44,413 nt of DNA, taken from positions 1 through 44,413 of the IMG/VR virus record IMGVR_UViG_3300032212_000032. One strand, given 5' to 3'. The notes under the pieces were generated by a model, which was given only the letters and a program-made list of their open reading frames with translations, did no database searches and was not told the origin of the DNA. Below, piece by piece: positions 1 to 8,425 of the stretch (its first letter is position 1; every line of letters begins with the position of its first letter). The stretch is from a virus (Duplodnaviria; Caudoviricetes). Made by a program: the position numbers and the translations under genes.

Positions 1-86
1 CTACAATAAGCACCTTCAGCATATTTGGCTGCACAAGCAGCTGGCCCTAGTAATGGTGTATTACAAGTACTGCAATTTGTATTCAT
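1..86 (-). CDS. Partial Cys-rich small protein (MNTNCSTCNTPLLG...), runs off the window
   Basis: Manual translation; its ATG overlaps the stop of the 83..559 gene (ATGA), as in the other allele at 42728. Confidence 0.5.
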   Translation of the reverse strand, partial: MNTNCSTCNTPLLGPAACAAKYAEGAYC

Positions 87-559
87 TTCTCTATCTCCCA
101 TTTTGGTTTAAAGTTTCTATATAATGCTTTAGTATCTAAAATATGTTTGCCAGTCTTAATGAATAGCAAAGATTTTTCAGATAGCATACTTGGCTCATGC
201 TTTAGCAAGAAGTTAACCCAAGGCTGCACTGTTGTGTTATGCGTCTTAGCCATAAATTTAGCTATTTGATAATCGTTTAAGTATCTAGTTAACCCATAAT
301 AAATCTCCTCATACATTTTAAGAAAGTAATATTGCCTCTTAGCATTAAAGTCCTTCATTCCGATTGTTATATTATTAGCATCAACCCAAACATCTTTACC
401 ATCTTTGCGAAAGATAGGAAATTCTGGATTAGATGTCTTATACATATAAACATTATCTGCATTTAAGCTATTCTCTAAGCAAAAAGCCTCAACTGTAAGC
501 CACCTAGAGTTATTAATATCTTTAGGTATATCAAACACTTTCACTTTATGCTTAGACAT
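83..559 (-). CDS. Hypothetical protein, possibly DNA-binding (allele A of 42725..43201)
   Basis: Near-identical to 42725..43201; homology ends at the MSKHKVKVFD start, so the start is set at 559. Confidence 0.75.
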   Translation of the reverse strand: MSKHKVKVFDIPKDINNSRWLTVEAFCLENSLNADNVYMYKTSNPEFPIFRKDGKDVWVDANNITIGMKDFNAKRQYYFLKMYEEIYYGLTRYLNDYQIAKFMAKTHNTTVQPWVNFLLKHEPSMLSEKSLLFIKTGKHILDTKALYRNFKPKWEIEK

Positions 560-674
560 TTGTGGCAATATTATAAGATATTGGATGAGGTCTAGTATGG
601 TGATATAAACTTACACACAATAGAGATATGGTTATAATAAATAACACTATAATTACTTTATCTAAGCGAGTCAT
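552..674 (-). CDS. 40-aa single-TM membrane protein (MTRLDKVIIVLF...)
   Basis: Manual translation, AAGGAG RBS, homolog at 43798..43956. Confidence 0.65.
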   Translation of the reverse strand: MTRLDKVIIVLFIITISLLCVSLYHHTRPHPISYNIATNV

Positions 675-783
675 CACTTCTCCTTTTCTTGCATAATAAA
701 TTCACACGCATCGAAAGTATTGAACGGTGAAAACTCATCTAAAGAACAAACTTCCATTACCTTACAGGCTTTATGATAAATGC

Positions 784-975
784 TTACACATTTTTACCTA
801 TAAAGATATTGTATCCTGTTCTTACGCTCCATTCTCTAAGGTTGAAGCTCATCTCAAAGATATTGATAGGCTTTTCACCTTGGTCGGTATCTAGGATAAT
901 TGTTTCGCCTTTTACTTCATAGCCTAATGTTTTGAATTCATAGGCTTGGTTGAGTAGAGCTATTGATGGATACAT
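784..975 (-). CDS. Hypothetical protein
   Basis: ORF coupled by TAATG overlap to the upstream gene. Confidence 0.6.
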   Translation of the reverse strand: MYPSIALLNQAYEFKTLGYEVKGETIILDTDQGEKPINIFEMSFNLREWSVRTGYNIFIGKNV

Positions 976-1241
976 TAGCTTTTTACTTCTTGGATTGTGA
1001 CTTTGAATTTATTAGTTGGTTCTTTGTAGCAAATAACATCAAATAATATCTCACTTGCTTTTTCATAACATTCACCACTTCTACCACTAAATTCTGCCAC
1101 TACATTACTCTTATAGCTTTGTAATTCTTCCAAAATAGGCTCTAAGTCATCAAATATCTTATTGACCTGTTGATTAGCTCTCGTTAAAGCCTTATAGTCG
1201 TAGCAGCCACTTGGTCTTAATATGTAATCATCTCTATTCAT
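975..1241 (-). CDS. Hypothetical protein (MNRDDY family, allele A)
   Basis: AAGGAG RBS; first ~33 aa shared with 43953..44195. Confidence 0.7.
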   Translation of the reverse strand: MNRDDYILRPSGCYDYKALTRANQQVNKIFDDLEPILEELQSYKSNVVAEFSGRSGECYEKASEILFDVICYKEPTNKFKVTIQEVKS

Positions 1242-1254
1242 CTTTAATGCTCCT

Positions 1255-1485
1255 TTAATTTAATGGTGTATACGCTTTTAAAGCTTTCAAAGCACCTTGA
1301 AGTTCTGCTATCTCAATATCTTTTTTAAGCATAGCTTCGTTGTGTCTTTCATTGGCAATCTGTTGATGTTCTTTTATTGTTCCCCATATAGCTAAGCCTA
1401 CTTCCCTTTCACTTCTGTTTAGTCTATTTAGTTCTACTTTGTAATCCGCTTCGTTTTGTTCTACATTAAATACAGTGTATTTCAT
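1255..1485 (-). CDS. Hypothetical coiled-coil protein
   Basis: Tightly packed ORF with AAGGA RBS. Confidence 0.65.
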   Translation of the reverse strand: MKYTVFNVEQNEADYKVELNRLNRSEREVGLAIWGTIKEHQQIANERHNEAMLKKDIEIAELQGALKALKAYTPLN

Positions 1486-1488
1486 CTC

Positions 1489-2124
1489 TTATCCTTTCAT
1501 CTCTACTGCGTATAAAGGTATATAAGGGTTATTTTCGTAAAAGCCCTCTCCGTATTGTTGATTTAGCCATTGCTTTAGGTTGTTTTTATAATCAGAGCTT
1601 CCAACTTTTCCATCGAATGTATAAGCATAATCTTGTGCAGGTGGAGGTGGGTATTCTCCCCCGTTACTGCTCCATGTTGTAAACTCTGCATATTGACCTA
1701 ACTTTTTACAGTCTTCTTTGGTTATCTCATCTACTCTCTTTAGTTGTATACCTACAACTTTACCTTTGAGTCTGCTTTGTACTTCGGTCATTTCTGAGGC
1801 AGGTATCCAGTTTAGCCTATTGTAATGAACGTCAAGATACTCTTTAGGAATTAATTTTGCCTCTGATTTCGTGTAGATGCGCTCTTTTATCGAAAGCCAC
1901 TCCTCTGCTACCCAAAACTCATCATCTACTTGTAGAGGTAGGAAGTTTTCAATAAATACGCTAGGACTAGTTATTGTTGGAGTATGGTTAATAGAATAAT
2001 ATAAATCTAATCCATCATTCAATATGTCTGTGATTTCTATGTCTTCATCAATAGGAAATAAAAACATACTTGCACCTTTAAGCAATGCTTCTATGGTTTG
2101 TTGTGGTAGTTGTATTTGTTTCAT
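1489..2124 (-). CDS. ASCH/PUA-like phage protein
   Basis: Pattern FWVAEEW...WIPASEM...SRL...KRVDEIT..DCKKLG...NPYI matches the common phage ASCH-like family. Confidence 0.6.
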   Translation of the reverse strand: MKQIQLPQQTIEALLKGASMFLFPIDEDIEITDILNDGLDLYYSINHTPTITSPSVFIENFLPLQVDDEFWVAEEWLSIKERIYTKSEAKLIPKEYLDVHYNRLNWIPASEMTEVQSRLKGKVVGIQLKRVDEITKEDCKKLGQYAEFTTWSSNGGEYPPPPAQDYAYTFDGKVGSSDYKNNLKQWLNQQYGEGFYENNPYIPLYAVEMKG

Positions 2125-2604
2125 CTATTCTTCTCCTGTAGTATATATGCCTGTGACTTTAACACTAAAACCAGCCCATTCAATAAGTTTAAATGAAGCA
2201 CCTGTTATCGGACTAAACATTACTGCACTAGCATGTTTCAGTATTGCTATTAAATCTTCTTTTGATTCTAAAAACTCACCCTTATGCTTAATCTCATCAC
2301 CACCATTACCATCTTCACTAAGAGATGCAAAGATAGGCATACCCTCTGAGTCGTTCATATTTGAGTTTGTGAAGTAGATAGCTAAGGTTGATTTGTTTAC
2401 CTTAATACCCTCTCCCCCGAACTCATTGAAAATAGTCGCATATCCATTGTATGCTGAATACTGCCCTATTGCATACCATATTCCATTAATGTTTTTTAAT
2501 ACATCATCTTCATGATGGTAGTCTTGTTCTTCTGTCTCGGCTCTGTAAATTGTTTCTACCATCTCACACCTCACTATCAATTTTATAGTTAGGCTCAAAG
2601 CCAT
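2125..2604 (-). CDS. YopX-like phage protein (real start probably MVETIYRA)
   Basis: IYRA near the N-terminus and YFT..M.DSEG.PIF resemble the YopX family. Confidence 0.5.
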   Translation of the reverse strand: MALSLTIKLIVRCEMVETIYRAETEEQDYHHEDDVLKNINGIWYAIGQYSAYNGYATIFNEFGGEGIKVNKSTLAIYFTNSNMNDSEGMPIFASLSEDGNGGDEIKHKGEFLESKEDLIAILKHASAVMFSPITGASFKLIEWAGFSVKVTGIYTTGEE

Positions 2605-2740
2605 GTCCTAGTAAGTTTACCCCAAAAGGTTGAACTGTTGTCATGACTTTATTTACAATTTCATAGCCGTACCATCTCTCTACTCTATCAATCACCCACA
2701 TATCAACATAAAATCTACCAAACATTTTACACCTCACTAT

Positions 2741-5131
2741 CTAATCTATTTCAATAGGCTCAACAGCTATTTGGCCTATTTTAGCTTCCCAGCCCTCTGG
2801 CAACTCCTTAAGTATCCATTCAGTCTTGCGGCTTCCTGTACGTACTCCACTATCATAATCTACTAAAGCATACTTAACATGCTTAATAAGCTGTAGCTTC
2901 TTCTTAATAACCTTGAGGTCTATATGGTTATCGTCAAATAGCCCAGGGATTGAGGCAGAGTCAGGTCGGCTATTCATAATCCTAATAGTAAATGTTTCTT
3001 TTCGCGGTGGTTTGTAGATACATTCTCTAATAGCTTCCTCTGTGAACCCGCTATCTATTAAGATATTTACAAAGTCTCCGAAGTTATTAGAGTCTATTGT
3101 TTTAACTAATTTGTCTTCACTACTTAGAGCATTCTCTTGGAATAGTGCATATGTCTCATCTTTCCACTCATGATTAGTTACATAGTTATCACCTTTGAGC
3201 GATTGAGTTTCAGTTGATAGGTAATATGCAAAGTCTTTCGTCTCAGCCTTAATACGCTTTTGAATCTCGGTATTTGACAACCCTAATGCTTTTGATACAG
3301 GTGTAAGACTTCTGAAAACTACCATACGTCTATCAGCAGCTTCTGTTGTTAGCTGAGTAGCTTCGTTAGTAGTTAAGAAGAACGTAATCTCTTGTGGATT
3401 AATCGAATTATCTAATGATGAGTGCATAGCTCTCACACCATTAATAGTCTGATTACCTGTAACTTCATTTATGGCTTTTATCATCTTAATGCGGTCTGAT
3501 GTAACCATATGATGTATCTCATCCATTAGCACGATATCAGTATTCAGCTGCCAGTCGTTGTATTTATCAGTTAATACCTCAAGACTCAGCTTGCTATGCC
3601 GTTTATGGGTCAGTGGAGCTAGCACACCATTAACAACAGCACTCTTAAAACTATGCGGCACACCAAATAGTACAAAAAAGAGCGGCGAATGGTCTCTAGT
3701 CATTAGCTTACGCCTTAAAAAAGGTAGGAAGTGAGTATATAGCTTATCACCGATTGATGACTCTAATGCTGCTAACGTAGTCTCAGGATACTTGTACTCC
3801 GAGGCATAATCATGAGGCTGGTAGAAGATGGTCTGCTCTGGCGTCCACTCATAGATATTGAACGCTGACTCACCTCTAGCTCCTTTATAGCTATCTATAT
3901 AGCCGAAGGGTGCATCTGGCCTATCAACAAGGTTAACATCTTTAATCTTAGTAATGAGCTTGTTTTTATCTATACGTACTGCCGCTGAGGACTTGATATA
4001 ATCTACTACACTTGCAGCATTCTTATACATCTTGATACTGCCAGAGATATGGTTGTGTAATAAGTAGTTGTTTTGGCCATTGGCAGCATACTGGAAGACT
4101 TCGATAGTTTCATGCTTATAGCTCTGGAAGATGAAGGAAGAGATATTCCAGTCCTTGTTATATTGCCATACTTGAACACCCTCGATAGAGCTTTGCCCAC
4201 TTATGATATAGTCAATGATTGCTTGCACTTCCTTCCTGTTCTTAGGCTCACTAAATAAACTATTTATATAATGTATAGCTTTGGTGAACTGGTCTTCATC
4301 TACTGAAATGTCACGCCCTAAGATAGTTGCAATACTCACAAGGTATGCCTGAGCGCTCTCCCCAGCTGGAAGGTTATTAGGATGCCAGGGAAACGTCTCA
4401 ACCATGTTATTGCTTAGCACTGCTTTATAGGCTTTTGTAGTAACTATGGTTAGCAACTTCTCAAATGGGTCTGTAACTTTACCATTGTTAGTGCCTGCCA
4501 CTGAAGTCAATGCACTCTCTACTATATAACCTATCTTGCTATTGAGGAGTAATGTTGGTGAGCTATCAATTTTTGACACTTCCTTAACACTATGTGACAT
4601 GTAATAGTTTATGATAAAGAGCTGCATCATCAATGGCATCGGAGTTAGCTCTGTCATATCCTTAACATCTGTAAGCATAGTTTTAGTTGTGTTACCCTCT
4701 GTTGTGAGGAGAACTACTGTTTCACCCATGAGTGTATCTAGCTCCGCTAGCTTCTTACCGTTCGGAGCAGCGATATATTCTGTGAGCTTATTCCCTGCTG
4801 GTAAACTATATAGCATATGCCCACCCGGCTTCCCTATCGACATAGCTATATACTTACATTGTTCTTCCTCAGGACACAGGGAGTCTATTGACATTGCCTC
4901 AGAGAATAGCTCATTATCGAAGTCTAATGCAATAATACCACTCTTACCTGTATGAGCTAGGTATGTGTTAGTGGAGTCGTTCATGATTGTATTTAGAGCA
5001 ATATCTTTAGTAACCCACTTACCTAGTTTAAATGGTGTTAACTTTCCCTGCGGGTCCTTAAGAAACTTCTTGAGTGTCTCTGGATTCCTAACACATTGCC
5101 GGTCTTTAATCGTTATTACGCTTAGGTTCAT
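2741..5131 (-). CDS. AEP primase-polymerase fused to SF3/D5-like helicase (NrS-1 polymerase-like architecture)
   Basis: N-terminal IIALDFD and GGHMLY AEP motifs; C-terminal GVPHSFKS (variant Walker A), IVLMDE (Walker B), FFLTTN (motif C) and DRR. Confidence 0.8.
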   Translation of the reverse strand: MNLSVITIKDRQCVRNPETLKKFLKDPQGKLTPFKLGKWVTKDIALNTIMNDSTNTYLAHTGKSGIIALDFDNELFSEAMSIDSLCPEEEQCKYIAMSIGKPGGHMLYSLPAGNKLTEYIAAPNGKKLAELDTLMGETVVLLTTEGNTTKTMLTDVKDMTELTPMPLMMQLFIINYYMSHSVKEVSKIDSSPTLLLNSKIGYIVESALTSVAGTNNGKVTDPFEKLLTIVTTKAYKAVLSNNMVETFPWHPNNLPAGESAQAYLVSIATILGRDISVDEDQFTKAIHYINSLFSEPKNRKEVQAIIDYIISGQSSIEGVQVWQYNKDWNISSFIFQSYKHETIEVFQYAANGQNNYLLHNHISGSIKMYKNAASVVDYIKSSAAVRIDKNKLITKIKDVNLVDRPDAPFGYIDSYKGARGESAFNIYEWTPEQTIFYQPHDYASEYKYPETTLAALESSIGDKLYTHFLPFLRRKLMTRDHSPLFFVLFGVPHSFKSAVVNGVLAPLTHKRHSKLSLEVLTDKYNDWQLNTDIVLMDEIHHMVTSDRIKMIKAINEVTGNQTINGVRAMHSSLDNSINPQEITFFLTTNEATQLTTEAADRRMVVFRSLTPVSKALGLSNTEIQKRIKAETKDFAYYLSTETQSLKGDNYVTNHEWKDETYALFQENALSSEDKLVKTIDSNNFGDFVNILIDSGFTEEAIRECIYKPPRKETFTIRIMNSRPDSASIPGLFDDNHIDLKVIKKKLQLIKHVKYALVDYDSGVRTGSRKTEWILKELPEGWEAKIGQIAVEPIEID

Positions 5132-5214
5132 TCTTCTCCCCTTCCTTGATAGTTTTAGTTTTTAACGGTTTAGCCTTTAACATCGCTGATATAGTTTCAG
5201 TGCCAGTAGCTAAG

Positions 5215-5619
5215 TTAATCTGAGGCATTTTGTAACTTCTTTGGTAGATAGAGATGAACTCCTGAGATAACTGTAAGTTTTTTAAAACTATCTCTGGTGT
5301 CTACTAGCTTAGCTTCTGAACAAACTAGGTAATCTAATAAATCACGATTGCGGTCGTAAATATAGTTACGAGCTTCTTGATAGAGCTGAGCTACTTCTGG
5401 GTTGGTGTCCATAGCTGTCATAAGTCTATAGTGCCTGCGGTTGTTGCTCAAGAACGTAGGACTAACACAAAGTAGGTCTGCTAGTGCAACACCCTTGAGT
5501 AGTGGGGATGCAACTAGTTTACCTATCTCTGGCCCGAAGAGGGTTAGCATTGCCTTGTGCTCTTTTGGTGTTGGTGAGATAGCTCCTGTATCTACTGCTT
5601 TAATATATTTATATAACAT
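5215..5619 (-). CDS. Hypothetical protein with possible HTH
   Basis: LADLLCVSPTFLSN resembles an HTH recognition helix; packed ORF. Confidence 0.55.
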   Translation of the reverse strand: MLYKYIKAVDTGAISPTPKEHKAMLTLFGPEIGKLVASPLLKGVALADLLCVSPTFLSNNRRHYRLMTAMDTNPEVAQLYQEARNYIYDRNRDLLDYLVCSEAKLVDTRDSFKKLTVISGVHLYLPKKLQNASD

Positions 5620-6342
5620 TTAATTTCCTTCAAATTTGTATTCAATAAACGGATAAAGTAATTCATACTCTACTTTAGATGGGTCTGTATCTGGCTTTAA
5701 TGCTACTTTAGCCTTAAACTCTTCGAAAGTTCCTATAAAACATCCTCTTGTTAGCTTAAAGTTAGTAGTTGTTTTAAATATAGTTAATGCACCCTTGTCA
5801 GAACCTATTTTTGTAATCCACATAATGTCAGCATTTCCATAGACTCTAGCATTTCCATAGACCTCAGCATCTCCGGAGACTCTAGCATTTCCATAGACCT
5901 CAGCATCTCCGGAGACTCTAGCATCTCCAGAGACCCAAGCATCTCCATAGACTCTAGCATCTCCATAGACTCTAGCATTTCCAGAGACTCTAGCATCTCC
6001 ATAGACCCAAGCATTTCCATAGACCTCAGCATCTCCATAGACCTCAGCATCTCCAGAGACCCAAGCATTTCCAGAGACTCTAGCATTTCCAGAGACTCTA
6101 GCATCTCCAGAGACTCTAGCATTTCCATAGACCCAAGCATTTCCAGAGACTCTAGCATTTCCATAGACCCAAGCATTTCCAGAGACCCAAGCATTTCCTT
6201 CTTGGCTAAGATTAGCTTCTGAAGCTATGTAACCATCGTTATCTCCTGCTTTAATATGGCTAAAGTCTTTAAGAGCTATAATGCGATATAGCTTATGACC
6301 TGCTACTATTATTGTATTTTCAGTGTCTAATTTGTATTTCAT
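5620..6342 (-). CDS. Hexapeptide-repeat (left-handed beta-helix-like) phage protein
   Basis: About 20 repeats of G[ND]A[WRE]V[SY], with N-terminal LYRIIALKDF and C-terminal GCF.GT.EEF typical of this phage family. Confidence 0.85.
   Translation of the reverse strand: MKYKLDTENTIIVAGHKLYRIIALKDFSHIKAGDNDGYIASEANLSQEGNAWVSGNAWVYGNARVSGNAWVYGNARVSGDARVSGNARVSGNAWVSGDAEVYGDAEVYGNAWVYGDARVSGNARVYGDARVYGDAWVSGDARVSGDAEVYGNARVSGDAEVYGNARVYGNADIMWITKIGSDKGALTIFKTTTNFKLTRGCFIGTFEEFKAKVALKPDTDPSKVEYELLYPFIEYKFEGN
5830..6198. repeat. 18-bp tandem repeat encoding the hexapeptide repeats
   Basis: Repeated units such as gcatttccatagactcta and gcatctccagagacccaa. Confidence 0.9.
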
Positions 6343-6584
6343 GATGCTCTCTCCTCAATATAATCTAATAGGTCAGTACCTGCAATAACTATGGTGTCTA
6401 TGATGTAATCATCAATAGGTGAGATGGTTCCGATAAAGTCCTCATCCTCTGTAAGGTGAAGCATTGTAAAGAACCTCACTGCATGAGATATATCATAGAC
6501 TTTCGGTGTATTCCCTTGTGTTTCGTAGATGTGGTCATAACATGTTGTTTGGTCATTCCATTTTTTCTTATATATGTAATTCAT
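6339..6584 (-). CDS. Hypothetical protein
   Basis: AAGGA RBS; ATGA overlap with the next gene. Confidence 0.65.
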   Translation of the reverse strand: MNYIYKKKWNDQTTCYDHIYETQGNTPKVYDISHAVRFFTMLHLTEDEDFIGTISPIDDYIIDTIVIAGTDLLDYIEERAS

Positions 6585-6594
6585 ATGAAGTCCT

Positions 6595-6843
6595 TTACCT
6601 TTGCTTATAAACTATTCTTGGCTTAGCTAATAGTTGGCGTTTTAGGTCTACTATCTCCGCTTCAAGCTTAGCTATCTCTGATTGATGTATAAGCTTTTGC
6701 TTATTTAATGCGGTTGTTACAATCCCTAAAGCTCTTAAATATTCATTTATATCGTGATATATAAGGCCAGTATCTCCTGCTTGAGCTTTGCTGATATTCT
6801 CTACTTGTTTTTGTGACTTATTAAATCCTAAGAAATTAAACAT
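6595..6843 (-). CDS. Hypothetical coiled-coil protein
   Basis: AAGGAG RBS; first gene after the promoter at 6940. Confidence 0.7.
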   Translation of the reverse strand: MFNFLGFNKSQKQVENISKAQAGDTGLIYHDINEYLRALGIVTTALNKQKLIHQSEIAKLEAEIVDLKRQLLAKPRIVYKQR

Positions 6844-6939
6844 AATCTACTCCTTACTGTAGTTGTCTTTATAAGCTATTTAATACTTAGCTTCTTTTAG
6901 ATTGCTCTGACTTTCGTTGGTATCCTTGATATATGTATA

Positions 6940-6962
6940 ATTATATCATAATAAATATTAGA
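6940..6962 (-). promoter_or_regulatory. Sigma70-type promoter for the primase operon
   Basis: Minus strand TCTAA-tatttattatga-TATAAT. Confidence 0.5.
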
Positions 6963-6983
6963 TTTTTATTAAAATAATTATTG

Positions 6984-7395
6984 ATATAATCGAATAATCA
7001 TACAATCGGTTTTTATTTTCTTGTTTTTGCTCAGTGTGGGTGAATATTCAGTTAGACTGTGCAAAGTTTGCTTAGACGGGACTTTTTTTATGATTATTCG
7101 ATTATTGCTGTTATCCGTTAAAATTTAATAGAATATGATTGCAATAATCGAATAATCGAAAAAATCCCTAGCCCAATAATCGAATAATCGAAAAATAAGC
7201 GTATTTCAGTTGACTTGAAAAAGGGTCCCTGGAGGTATCCAGGCTTGCTTTCGCTGGTCCAATAATCGAATAATCGCAATAATCGAAAAATCTTTCCTTA
7301 TTATATATATATTATTTTTTTAAAAGATTTGGGCTCCGTTTTGTGATTGTTCGATTATTGCGATTATTCGATTATTGTGATTGTTGTGATTACTT
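6984..7395. repeat. Iteron-like AATAATCG array with a 28-bp perfect inverted repeat; putative replication origin
   Basis: Direct clusters near 6985, 7143, 7174 and 7260; inverted clusters near 7090 and 7344-7390; 7260-7287 is the exact reverse complement of 7350-7377 around an AT-rich core. Confidence 0.7.
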
Positions 7396-7479
7396 AAATA
7401 AAATAACTAATATATTAATTAAAAAATTTAAGTTTATTTTAAGCTAATTCCGAGCAATATAATCCCAGCTCGGCAATAA

Positions 7480-7707
7480 TTAGTTCTTAACCACGGCCTC
7501 GCATTCTTCTACATCTTGCTGTATCTTAGCATAGTCCTTGTAGTCGCTATCCTCTAGCTCAGCAATGTTCCTAGACTTCGCTAGAAAGTCGGACAAATCA
7601 TTGAACTTCAGCGACACTGTCAACATATATAGTTTACCTAATATAAATCTCCGAGCTTCTAGCCTCTGCTCCACTATCTGAAAGTGTGTCTCTTTATATT
7701 GATACAT
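7480..7707 (-). CDS. Hypothetical early protein
   Basis: AAGGA RBS; TAATG coupling. Confidence 0.65.
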   Translation of the reverse strand: MYQYKETHFQIVEQRLEARRFILGKLYMLTVSLKFNDLSDFLAKSRNIAELEDSDYKDYAKIQQDVEECEAVVKN

Positions 7708-7799
7708 TACTTATCCTTCTTACGTTCGTGCATCTCTTTGCACCAGAATACTAGAGCTATAGCTCCGCCTACAAATAGCCATACTGTTTCAGGTTGCAT
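7707..7799 (-). CDS. 30-aa single-TM peptide (MQPETVWLFVGGAIALVFWCKEMHERKKDK)
   Basis: Manual translation, GAGGAG RBS, TAATG overlap with the next gene. Confidence 0.6.
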   Translation of the reverse strand: MQPETVWLFVGGAIALVFWCKEMHERKKDK

Positions 7800-7837
7800 T
7801 ACTACTCCTCAATAGTTAGTTTGACTCTAGTTAAAGA

Positions 7838-7872
7838 AGTCTAGAGAAACCTCCGAAGAGGCCTCAAAGACT
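7838..7872 (-). promoter_or_regulatory. UUCG-capped hairpin (processing or stability site, or weak terminator)
   Basis: Minus strand AGTCT-TT-GAGGCCTC-TTCG-GAGGTTTC-TCT-AGACT. Confidence 0.55.
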
Positions 7873-8326
7873 ACTTAGTTTCATCAGCTTTAGTGGTTGT
7901 GGCGTTGAAGTCTGCCCAATCTTTCTTGAAATCGTAGAACTCTGGGTCATTGAGCTGAGACTTGAGAGCCTTCACATCTTTATTAAGCTTCTGAGCATCC
8001 TCCATTTGGTCCTCATCCAACGCACATACAATTTGCTCATTGAGCTTCTTGATTTGTGCATTAGTTTTATTCCACTTAGAGATACTAGCTCTACAATAAC
8101 CTTTAGACTTCCCACCACTCATAACCATGTTCTCGACCGGCTCATACTGTTCATGGAATCTACAATATAGCTCAATAGGATTACCATCTTTATCCACTTT
8201 TGGCGGGTTAGTTGACGATGAAGATTTAGGAGCTAAAACTAGTTCTAATGCCTCTTTAAGAGCTTTAGACGCCTTGGCAAACTCAGGTAGTTCTTGGACA
8301 GCAGCCCATGTTTGTGTTTTTGTCAT
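7871..8326 (-). CDS. Early hypothetical protein, paralog of 39336..39812
   Basis: AAGGAGG RBS before MTKTQTW; shares the KA.KAL.EAL...L.PK and K.D..G..IE..C motifs with 39336..39812. Confidence 0.8.
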   Translation of the reverse strand: MTKTQTWAAVQELPEFAKASKALKEALELVLAPKSSSSTNPPKVDKDGNPIELYCRFHEQYEPVENMVMSGGKSKGYCRASISKWNKTNAQIKKLNEQIVCALDEDQMEDAQKLNKDVKALKSQLNDPEFYDFKKDWADFNATTTKADETK

Positions 8327-8425
8327 AATATTATGCCTCCTTGGCATGGTGCACTATTTGTGCGATTTGTTAGATTTACAGTACTAAGACTGTCACGAGA
8401 CCTCCGCCGAGACCTCTAGACAAAC

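Noticed and set aside
79-560. DGR template/variable repeat pair with 42721-43202
   Set aside because: Differences are mostly synonymous and not adenine-specific, there is no reverse transcriptase, and allelic variation explains them.
5805-6194. 129-aa MLESLE-repeat ORF
   Set aside because: Alternate-frame shadow of the 18-bp repeat inside the hexapeptide gene.
5830-6198. Possible CRISPR array or DGR variable repeat
   Set aside because: Contiguous in-frame coding units with no spacers; no cas or reverse transcriptase gene in the window.
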